Of a stretch of 64,000 bases of DNA, positions 10,116-20,400 are shown piece by piece. The DNA is taken from assembly GCA_002010065.2 (NCBI GenBank), contig MTMD02000008.1, positions 32,001 through 96,000 of the forward strand. Direction: 5' to 3'. This DNA comes from Candidatus Pyrohabitans jungbluthii. GTDB taxonomy: Archaea; Hydrothermarchaeota; Hydrothermarchaeia; Hydrothermarchaeales; BMS3B. A model generated the notes under the pieces. The model saw nothing but the letters and a program-made list of their open reading frames with translations. It was not told where the DNA came from and ran no database searches. The position numbers and the translations under genes were made by a program. Positions within the stretch are counted from its first letter, which is position 1, and each line of letters opens with the position of its first letter.

Positions 10116-10810
10116 CTTTCCAGCATCACCCCCGATGTGGCTGCTATTACTGTGGCTCCTATTGTACTCCAGTGCCCAAAGCCAACAAGGTGCATAATAA
10201 CTGCCGCACCCCCTGCGAAAAGGCCCACCACCAGAAAGGTCTTGTTCTGCATCTGCATGAGTACCAATGCAATAAACATAGCAGGGAGGGCGAAGTCCAG
10301 TCCAAAGGTTTGTACATCTGTTATCAATTGCCCGGCTAAAGCCCCAAGAAAGCTCCCCGTTACCCAGCCTAAGTGGGCAGTACCATTTAGAGCAAAGGAT
10401 TCCATAAGTGGTGGCACAGCCTTTCTGAACTTGGTGCTATGTAAGGCGAAGGTTTCGTCTGTAATCTCATATCCAAACCAGGCCAGCTTCTTTTTAGACA
10501 CCCCTTTAAGATAGGGCACCAATGCGGCGCTCATGAGCAGGTGGCGCAGATTAACTATAAAGGTGGTGAGCACAATCGCAAGCATCCCTGCTCCTGCTCC
10601 AATCATCCCCACTGCTATAAGCTGAGCAGAACCAGCGAATACAAAAATCGACATGGCAGTTGCTTCAATTAAGCTCAGACCCACCTGCGATGCCAGTACG
10701 CCAAAGGCAAATCCTATGGGGAGGTAACCCAAGACGATGGGCGTGGCATCTTTAATGCCCCGTAGCACCGCAGCCTTGGGATCTGTGTTAGACAAAGACT
10801 GGAGATGCAT
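10094..10810 (-). CDS. azlC: AzlC-family branched-chain amino acid export permease
   Basis: GYLPIGFAFG, FAGSAQ, NLRHLLM and ITDETFA motifs. The start codon is uncertain. Confidence 0.88.
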   Translation of the reverse strand: MHLQSLSNTDPKAAVLRGIKDATPIVLGYLPIGFAFGVLASQVGLSLIEATAMSIFVFAGSAQLIAVGMIGAGAGMLAIVLTTFIVNLRHLLMSAALVPYLKGVSKKKLAWFGYEITDETFALHSTKFRKAVPPLMESFALNGTAHLGWVTGSFLGALAGQLITDVQTFGLDFALPAMFIALVLMQMQNKTFLVVGLFAGGAAVIMHLVGFGHWSTIGATVIAATSGVMLERWKSSKE

Positions 10811-10884
10811 GGAGTTTACCTTCTGCGCTGCAATATACAAAAAATTTTCTGGCTTTATTTTTGTTCTTTTTTAAAACAGAACAG

Positions 10885-12039
10885 CTACCCATCCCACAGC
10901 GGCGAAATTTTCCGAAGCTTGGCAACAACGCCAGGGAACTTGCTGAGCACATACTCTATATCGCGCTTCGTGGTCTCTCTCCCCAAAGTGAATATCGCGC
11001 TGCACTGGGCGCGCTGCGATGGGTAGCCCATCGCGAGCAGAATCGGCGAAGCGCGGAGTACCTGAGAGATGCACGCGGTGCCATTGCCCATGTATATACC
11101 CTCAAAGCTCAGCGCCATCATTAACGCTTCGCCGTCTACGCTCTCTACGATAAAGCTTGCATGGTTGGGCAGCCTCTTCTCCGGGTGCCCCGTCAGCTCC
11201 ACCTTCTCAACTTCAAGCACGCCCTCTATCAGCTTGTCCCTCAACCAGCGAACCTTCTCCACCTTGTCGAGATGCCTTAGTGCAAGCTCTGCTGCCTTGC
11301 CGAAGCCAACTATGCCGGCGACATTCTCAGTGCCACCCCTGCGCCCCTCCTCCTGAATGCCGGAGTAGATAAGCGGGACTATGCGCAGCCCCTCACGAAG
11401 GTAGAGTGCTCCCACACCCTTGGGACCATACATGGTGTGGGCAGAGATCGAAAGAGCGTCCACGCCCAGCTCCTTAACATCTACAGGTATGTTCCCCGCC
11501 GCTGCCACGGCGTCGGTATGAACAAGAGCACCCTTCTCGTGGGCTATCTCGGCGATTTCCTTCACCGCCTGCAGCGTTCCAACTTCGTAATTGGCGAGCA
11601 TCACAGAAACAAGTGTGGTTCTATCGGTGATAGCACTTTCAAGCTTCTCAACACTCACCTCTCCATAGGAGTTGACTGGGAGAAAGGTTACCACGTAGCC
11701 CTCCTTCTGCAGGGAACGGAAAGCATTAAGCGTGGAGTGGTGCTCTATCTCAGAGGTTATAACGTGCATACCCTTATTCTGGTTCGCCTTTGCTAAGCCT
11801 CTAATTGCCAAGTTATTCGCCTCTGCCCCCGAAGAGGTAAATATGATCTCGTTGGGCGAGGCGTTTATCAGCCTTGCCACGCTCTCGCGAGCGCGCTCTA
11901 TCGCCTCCTTGGCTTCAGCTCCAAGGTCATACATCCTTGAAGGATTCCCAAAGCTATTCTCAAGGAAGGGCAGCATAGCTGCGAGTACTTCCCTGTCAAG
12001 AGGCGTTGTCGCCATATGGTCAAGATATACGCGAAACAT
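10885..12039 (-). CDS. IscS/NifS-family cysteine desulfurase homologue (PLP lysine replaced by Thr)
   Basis: YLDHMATTP, GNPS, HTDAV, SAHTMYGPKG and catalytic-loop GTAC motifs. Confidence 0.88.
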   Translation of the reverse strand: MFRVYLDHMATTPLDREVLAAMLPFLENSFGNPSRMYDLGAEAKEAIERARESVARLINASPNEIIFTSSGAEANNLAIRGLAKANQNKGMHVITSEIEHHSTLNAFRSLQKEGYVVTFLPVNSYGEVSVEKLESAITDRTTLVSVMLANYEVGTLQAVKEIAEIAHEKGALVHTDAVAAAGNIPVDVKELGVDALSISAHTMYGPKGVGALYLREGLRIVPLIYSGIQEEGRRGGTENVAGIVGFGKAAELALRHLDKVEKVRWLRDKLIEGVLEVEKVELTGHPEKRLPNHASFIVESVDGEALMMALSFEGIYMGNGTACISQVLRASPILLAMGYPSQRAQCSAIFTLGRETTKRDIEYVLSKFPGVVAKLRKISPLWDG

Positions 12040-12040
12040 C

Positions 12041-12316
12041 TCAATCTACCGTTTTCTTTATGTAGAACTTGAAGAATTCTCCCGTGTCCTCAACACCTAT
12101 GAGTTCATTCCCCGTCTTTCTGCACCAGTCAGGTATATCAGCGAGCGCGCCCTCGTAGTCGGTCTGAAGCTCCAGTATCTGCCCCTTCTTAAGCTCCTTC
12201 ATGCGCTCTTCCAGGCGCATGAGGTGCATGGGGCACATGCGATAAACAACGTCCTCAACGGCGTCCGCCACGATGCCCTCGACGAACTTTATCTCTGGCT
12301 GCTTCTGCTCTGTCAT
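12041..12316 (-). CDS. TusA/SirA-family sulfur carrier
   Basis: CPMH (CPxP variant) and D..A..DIPDWC...GNEL motifs; directly upstream of the IscS homologue. Confidence 0.8.
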   Translation of the reverse strand: MTEQKQPEIKFVEGIVADAVEDVVYRMCPMHLMRLEERMKELKKGQILELQTDYEGALADIPDWCRKTGNELIGVEDTGEFFKFYIKKTVD

Positions 12317-12343
12317 GTTTATGAAGTAGTACATTACCCTATT

Positions 12344-12497
12344 TTATCTTTTGCGTAATCTTACTCCACGCAGCACGACCTTAGCCACATGCAAGAGATG
12401 CTTTGTTGGCAGGCATCCAACGTTTATGCAGGTTCCGGCTAACCTTACAGCGGAGTTATTAACAGGCAGATCTCAGCCTCAAGCTCGTTTGCTTCAT
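12344..12497 (-). pseudogene. Remnant of a class-I pyridine nucleotide-disulfide oxidoreductase (mercuric reductase-like)
   Basis: Minus strand reads ANELEAEICL, then a frameshift, then VNNSAVRLAGTCINVGCLPTKHLL. The ATG overlaps the copZ stop, the GxGxxG motif is missing and the gene is truncated. Confidence 0.75.
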
Positions 12498-13186
12498 TTC
12501 TTTTCCTCTTCTACACCCCTCGCACCGTAGCCAGCATCTCTCACAGCTTTAACGAACTTCTCCAAGCTTTCTTCCTCAGGTATTAGCATTTCAGCCTTTC
12601 CTTCGCTTAAGGAGACTTTCACATTTGTCGCCCCGGTGCTCTCCAGTGCGCCCTGAACAACGCCCACGCAGCCCTGGCAAGTCATTCCAGTAATCTCAAG
12701 CACAAGCCTTCTCAACTTCTGCTCCTTTGCCGCCTTCTTCTGCGCAGGCTTCACATTCGCCTCCCTGAGGTAGGAGTTTATTATGTCCTTCAGGTACCAC
12801 TCACAGCACCTTCCAGAGGGATTTGTGGTAATGCACCACTTGCCTTTGCCTGCGCCTGTTACCTCCTGCACTTCTTCTATGCTCGAGCAGCACCCCTCCT
12901 CGAGTATTGCCTTTCTCAGCATTTCATCTGTAACTCTATTGCAGTAGCACAGAGGCCTTGGCTCTGAATCTTCTTTAATCCCAACCCTGGTCTTAACCTC
13001 TGCCTTGGTGAGGTAGACCCCCGAGATGTTGTTGAAATACACCACATCGCATTCGCGGGAGGGGCAGAAGTAGAAATTCTCGTCTATCTTGCTCCAGTGC
13101 TCCTCCTTGACATGCACTCCCAGAGTTAGAGGCACAACCTTCATTCCCTCGCTACCGCAGTGTCTGCACACCTTTTCAGAACTCAT
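12494..13186 (-). CDS. Archaeoglobus CopZ-like metal chaperone (N-terminal Zn/[2Fe-2S] domain + C-terminal HMA)
   Basis: CxxC, FCPSRECDVVYF, PLCYC and C...NPSGRCC motifs, then GMTCQGC HMA motif. Confidence 0.85.
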   Translation of the reverse strand: MSSEKVCRHCGSEGMKVVPLTLGVHVKEEHWSKIDENFYFCPSRECDVVYFNNISGVYLTKAEVKTRVGIKEDSEPRPLCYCNRVTDEMLRKAILEEGCCSSIEEVQEVTGAGKGKWCITTNPSGRCCEWYLKDIINSYLREANVKPAQKKAAKEQKLRRLVLEITGMTCQGCVGVVQGALESTGATNVKVSLSEGKAEMLIPEEESLEKFVKAVRDAGYGARGVEEEKK

Positions 13187-13235
13187 GCTCTTATCCCCTT
13201 TTCAGATTGCCAGTTCATCTGCTTATGCTTCATGC

Positions 13236-13580
13236 TCATTCAACCATCACTTTAGCTATACCCTCCTCTCTCAGAATACCGCACTCCCTTAGCCAGGATT
13301 CGTAAAGCTGAATGTGGTTTTTAATCTTTGAAATCAGCTCTTTTATCTCGCCGTTGAGCCGGTATATCCGCCTCTTGCCGCGCCGCTCCACCTCCACAAA
13401 ACCGCAGTTTAGAAGACATCTCAAGTTGTGGGAAACTCTGCTCTGCTCATATCCCAGAGCGTCGCACAGCTCCAGCACAGACATCTCCCTTTCCATAAGC
13501 AGCATCACTATGTCAAAGCGCGTACGATTGGAGAGGACCCTTGCGAACAGTTTAAATGATTCATACATCATATGACGCAT
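13236..13580 (-). CDS. ArsR/SmtB-family metal-responsive repressor
   Basis: LSNRTRFDIV...QSRVSHNLRCLLNCGFV...RIYRL. Confidence 0.9.
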   Translation of the reverse strand: MRHMMYESFKLFARVLSNRTRFDIVMLLMEREMSVLELCDALGYEQSRVSHNLRCLLNCGFVEVERRGKRRIYRLNGEIKELISKIKNHIQLYESWLRECGILREEGIAKVMVE

Positions 13581-13589
13581 TTATCATAT
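13570..13589. promoter_or_regulatory. ArsR/SmtB-type operator ATATGA-N8-TCATAT
   Basis: Inverted repeat ATATGA cgcattta TCATAT over the arsR start. It matches the TGA-N8-TCA core of SmtB/CzrA operators. Confidence 0.65.
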
Positions 13590-13658
13590 ATAGTACATAA
13601 AGTTTACCCTTTCCAGAATGATTAACACCGCAACGCTCAGCTTTCAATTTGCAGTTTA

Positions 13659-14702
13659 TCAATGAATGTTCCTGTTCTCATAGCCTATTCCACGGGTGCT
13701 TATGTGGAATAGTCCGCGCTCTTCTCTAATCTCAAACCGCGTGCCAAGAATCTGCTCCGTCACAAAAATGTTGGTCTTAAGGTGTCCCGTTAACTCTCTT
13801 ACGGTAAACGCTGACCTTCCCTCGGCAAGGGCGAGGAATGGCACAAGCTGGTCAGCGAGGTGAGTATCCACGCATGCACCGCTTTCAATCTCTACCAAAA
13901 GCGCTCTGGCAGCTTCTTCTCCTACCTGCTCCGCAGGCTTGCCACGCTCACCAAGAGCGCTTGCTCCAAGACGGGTGTTCTCGTACATCGCCCAGAGCGC
14001 TATGCCAGTGCCCGTAGAGAAGTCCCGCCTCTCCTCGAGGGCGATTTCGGGGTTGTACTCTGCAAGAAGCTCGCTCGCGGCCTTCGCCTCGCGCTCAATC
14101 ACATGCCTTGGCAGGTTGCTTGCATGGGCTATGCCCCTAACTCCTAGAAACTTCCCCCGCTGGAGCAGTGCCATGCCTTTAAGCTTTTTAACCGGCTTTA
14201 CCTTAACCTTCACCTTCCCTCCACCCTTGGGGTAGTATCCCCTTGCAAGAATCTCAACTTCTGCGCTGAAGCCGAGCTTCGCCACCACCGGCAGGAGCAC
14301 ATGTTTGACGAAGTCTATTGGCGGAGACCACCTCACGTTAGTGCCCCCTTTAATTTCAAGCAGAACCTCACTTTTGGCAAATGCACATGGCAGAAGCAGC
14401 ACCTGCAGAATGAGGGAGACGCTACCTGCGGTGCCTATATCGATGCGTAGCCTCTGAGGTGTTATCTCCCCGGGCTCAAAGTAAACGCGGGTTGACCCAA
14501 CCTCTGCGCCCTCTACGCGGGCGTTGCACAGCCTTGCCAGAGCCTTTATTCCATGCATGTGCTGCGTTGCCAATCCGGGCTTTGGTCTATTTGCGCGGAT
14601 GTTTACAACCTCTACTGCCCTGCCGGTTATTGCGCTAAGCGCGAGCGCCGTACGGAGCACCTGTCCGCCGCCCTCGCCGTAGCTGCCGTCTATGCGAAGC
14701 AT
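13659..14702 (-). CDS. rtcA: RNA 3'-terminal phosphate cyclase
   Basis: IDGSYGEGGGQVLR, RGYYPKGGG and D.HLADQL motifs; start moved to ATG 14702. Confidence 0.95.
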   Translation of the reverse strand: MLRIDGSYGEGGGQVLRTALALSAITGRAVEVVNIRANRPKPGLATQHMHGIKALARLCNARVEGAEVGSTRVYFEPGEITPQRLRIDIGTAGSVSLILQVLLLPCAFAKSEVLLEIKGGTNVRWSPPIDFVKHVLLPVVAKLGFSAEVEILARGYYPKGGGKVKVKVKPVKKLKGMALLQRGKFLGVRGIAHASNLPRHVIEREAKAASELLAEYNPEIALEERRDFSTGTGIALWAMYENTRLGASALGERGKPAEQVGEEAARALLVEIESGACVDTHLADQLVPFLALAEGRSAFTVRELTGHLKTNIFVTEQILGTRFEIREERGLFHISTRGIGYENRNIH

Positions 14703-14765
14703 GATAATTACTGAGCGTGTGAGGTTTATAAAGTGTTGCAGTGACTTTGAGGGTGAATATGAAGA

Positions 14766-14784
14766 TTTCATAATTTTTATGAAA
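14766..14784. promoter_or_regulatory. 8-3-8 palindrome in the rtcA/amtB divergent promoter region
   Basis: TTTCATAA-TTT-TTATGAAA. Confidence 0.4.
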
Positions 14785-14883
14785 CTTTCTTATATTTTCT
14801 TAATTTTTCTCAAAAACTCTTATAAATTCATATTTTAACCAATCTCTGAAACTTCTACTCACAAGTAAAAGGAGGTAGTTATA

Positions 14884-16487
<1,604 letters not shown>

Positions 16488-16654
16488 CCCTCTACCAGGT
16501 GAATCATAACACTGCTCCTCGCTCCCTCTTTTATATTCCCTCTGCTAACCGTGCTGTGGCACTCGCCATTGTTGACAGGCCACCAGGCTGTGCGCAAGTT
16601 TTTTATCTGCAGGTAATACAAAGTAGAGTAGCCGGAGGTATCGCTCTGCAAAAT

Positions 16655-17215
16655 ATGACAAGCGCTAGGTTGGGGAAGAGGCTTACAATATTAGTCTTTA
16701 TGTTCATTCTGTTCGCAGGCTGCGCTTCTCAGCCCCATCTGGAAGAGCCCAAGACCCTTGATGTAAAGCCTGTGGTGGATTACTACTTCTTGGCTGAGTA
16801 TACCGGAAATTCAGGTGAAGGCTTTTATGTTGTAGCCGGGGATGTGAAGGAGGTTAAGGGCGCGCTGATGGAAATCCTCGCCGGGAAGGCGCCGAGGACA
16901 ACTTTTTCTGAGGATGAGAGTCTCAACCTCGTGGTGTTCCGTGGTGTTTTCAGCACAGGCGGCCACGGAATAAAGATAAACAGAGTGGAAAGGGTGGGTA
17001 ACACCTTTATCGTCCACGCCACCTTCACAGATCCTGGTAAGGGGACGATTGTAACGCAGGCCTTCACCCAGCCGACGGCGGTTATCCCACTTGGGAAGCT
17101 GCCAGCAGGTGGTTACTCTGCAGAACTGTATGTGAATAAGGTTGTATCTGGAGAGGGTAAGGAGGTAATAGAGGAAGAAAAATTGCATAAGCGCATTGAA
17201 TTTGTAGTAGAATAA
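16655..17215 (+). CDS. Lipoprotein with PrcB C-terminal (protease complex subunit) domain
   Basis: Lipobox LFAGC and the pattern G..STGGHGI.I..V...F.DP..G..VTQAFTQP...I. Confidence 0.75.
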   Translation: MTSARLGKRLTILVFMFILFAGCASQPHLEEPKTLDVKPVVDYYFLAEYTGNSGEGFYVVAGDVKEVKGALMEILAGKAPRTTFSEDESLNLVVFRGVFSTGGHGIKINRVERVGNTFIVHATFTDPGKGTIVTQAFTQPTAVIPLGKLPAGGYSAELYVNKVVSGEGKEVIEEEKLHKRIEFVVE

Positions 17216-17240
17216 ATTTTCTGGGAAGGGGGCATTGTCG

Positions 17241-17387
17241 ATGGAAACCAGTGTAAAATATGCTAGAAATAAATTGGTTACGTTTCATGTTCAGGGACGA
17301 GTAAGAGTATCAAAAATATAAGAAGATGGAAATGAGATTATGGAGGAGAGCGATGAGCATGCGATCATTGCTTTCACAGTTAAATAG
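17241..17387 (+). pseudogene. Possible degenerate copy of the 3' end of the PrcB-like gene
   Basis: After an in-frame TAA (17319-17321) it reads EDGNEIMEESDEHAIIAFTVK*, resembling GEGKEVIEEEKLHKRIEFVVE* of the upstream gene. Confidence 0.35.
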
Positions 17388-17426
17388 CTTAATCCTGCTA
17401 ATTCTAATAGAGAGTGGTGATTAGCA

Positions 17427-20400
17427 GTGACCATGGGAAAAAGGATTTCCAAGGTGAATCTGGCCTATATCACAACATTTATTTTATTTTGCGCATTTTT
17501 TACCGGCCTACCTTATTCTAATGCCCAGCCTCTCCCTTCAGAGCACAAAATCACAAAAAACCTTGCTGAAAAGGTCAATTCCGTTCCTCCTCAAGAAAAG
17601 GTCAGGGTCATTATAATCCTCAAAAAACCAGCGGGGCAGTTCCAAGCTCAAGCCGCTAGGAGTTTGGCAAAAAAGGATATACTGGAGAAGGGAGGGGAGG
17701 TCATAAGGGATTTTTCAATCTTTGAGGGCATGGCCGCAGAGATTCCGGCTTCTAGGGTAGAGGCACTGGCGAATAATCCCAATGTGGAATTAATTGTGGA
17801 GGATAGGCAAGTCAAAGCCTTCCTGACAGAAAGTGTCCCATTAATTAATGCGGATGATGTTTGGAACAAAATTCTGTCCGGGACCAATATAACAGGAAGA
17901 GGTCAGACGGTCTGCGTCATTGACACAGGTGTGGATTATACTCACCCTGATTTGGGGGGAGGCATGGGCATAGGCTTCAAAGTTCTGGGGGGATACGACT
18001 TCGTAAACAACGATAATGACCCGATTGACGATAATGGACACGGCACCCATGTGGCAGGGACTATTGCTGCAAATGGTAATTTAAAAGGAGTGGCACCTGA
18101 TGCGAACATAATTGCTATAAAGGTCTTGAATGCCTCAGGGTTTGGCTCTACGATAGATGTTCTGGCCGGAATAGATTGGTGCGTAAGCAATGCGAGCATT
18201 TATAATATAACAGTAATCAGCATGAGCCTTGGTGGCGACCTTTACACTTCATACTGCGATGATGAACTACTGGAGATCCCGTTCAGGGATGCCATTAACG
18301 CAGCGGTGGCAAGAAACATCACCGTTGTTATTGCCACAGGGAATGATGCCAATTATACTGCCATTTCCTCCCCCGCCTGTATCAAGAACGCCACAAGGGT
18401 GGGGGCTACTTATGATAGTAATATCGGTAGTCTAATAACTTGGGGTGACCCACCTATATGTACTGATACCACAACCTCTACCGATAAAATCACCTGCTTC
18501 ACCAATCGGGGGGCTAACTTTCCAGATATCCTTTTGGCACCGGGTGCTCTAACGAATTCAACTTATCTATCTAATGGATACGAAGAATTAGGCGGCACCT
18601 CAATGGCCACACCCCATGTCTCAGGTCTTATTGCACTTCTAAATCAGGAGTACAGGGCAATTTATGGCACAAATCCAACGCCAGATTATCTCTTCCATGT
18701 ACTGAACTCCACGGGAGTGCCAATCTACGACAATGCAACTGGAATGACATATTACAGAGTGGATGCCCTCACCGCCTACAACGCGATTGATCAGGTGCCG
18801 CCTGCAATAACCTTTGTTTTCCCAACTCCAGAAAACGCCACCCTTTGGGGCAAAACCTGGATTTATATCAATGTCACATTTTCTGAAAATGTGGACACAG
18901 CCATACTAGATTGGAACGGTACAAACTATACAATGCAAATGCTTGGAAGCACGGTTGCTTATTACAACGTCACAAACCTTTCCGAAGGTGATTACATCTA
19001 CATGGTATATGCAAACGACACCTCTGGTAATATGAATGTTTCTGAGACGAGGGTAATTACAGTTGACTTAACTCCACCTACAATAACCTTCGTAGCTCCT
19101 ACACCTGCCAACACCACCTCTGTGAACGTAAGCTATGTCTTTGTGAATATAACAGCATCTGAAATATTAAATCGCTCAATCCTTGAGTGGAACGGCACAA
19201 ATGAGACGATGCAGGGCTCAGGGTTAAACTGGTATCTGAATAAAACATACCTGCTCAACGGGAATTACACCTTCAGAGTGCATACTCAGGATTTAGCCGG
19301 GAACTGGAACTCCAGTGAAATAAGGGTGGTTGGGGTAGACGCCCCCCTTTTAATAAGCATAGAGTCGCCACTCAACAGAAGCTATCCCTCGCAGAATGTG
19401 CATTTCAACATAACTGCCAATAAACCTCTGGGAAGTGCTCTGGTTTCTATAGACGGCGGAGGCAATCACACACTAACCAACGACTCTATAATCCACTGGT
19501 ATAACACTTCGATATTTATAGCCGAAGGTCCGCATAACGCAACATTTTACGTTCAGGACCTCACGGGCGATGTCAACTCCTCAACTGTTTACTTCACAGT
19601 GGATGTAACCCCGCCAAATGTAAGCTTCATTGACCCCACACCGCCGCCTTATTACAACTCTTCCACACACAACATAACCATAAATGTCAGCCACGCGGAG
19701 CTTTATCCTGATACACTGATACTGAGCTGGAACGGTACCAACATCTCACAGGCATACAGCGGCAGCTACACCAACATCACCTTTGACAATCTCACGGACG
19801 GACGCTACTTCTACTACGTTTGGGTGAACGACACCGCAGGCAACTGGAACAGCACCGAGGTAAGGGTTGTTACCATAGACACCTCTCCTCCCGAGATAAT
19901 CAACATCACACCCGCCATCGGCTCCGGCGTTAAGGGCGTGGTAACAATAAGCGTGGTCGCTCGTGACGCTGGCGTAGGCGTCGCCTCTGTTGTTGCGGAA
20001 GTGTCGAACGCCACCTACTCGGAGGTGCTAACACTAATCAACAACGGCTCTGACGTGTGGTACAACGATACCTGGAACACCTCCGCATTGGCTGAGGGCG
20101 AGTACAACATAACCATCAATGCAACCGACTTACTTGGACAGAGCAACGCCAGTGAGTACGTCACGGTAATCGTGGACAGGACGCCTCCGGCATCGCTTGT
20201 GCTTTCCCCAATACCCAACAAGAACATCTCCACTACTGTGTACACCATCAACGGCACAGCGATAGACAATGAAAGCGGCGTGGCACGAGTATGGGTAAGC
20301 GTGGACGGCGGCTCAACCTGGGCGCTGGCAAATGGCACCCTAAACTGGAGCTACGAATGGAATATTCTGAGCGACGGCGGGTACAACATCACCAGCAAGG

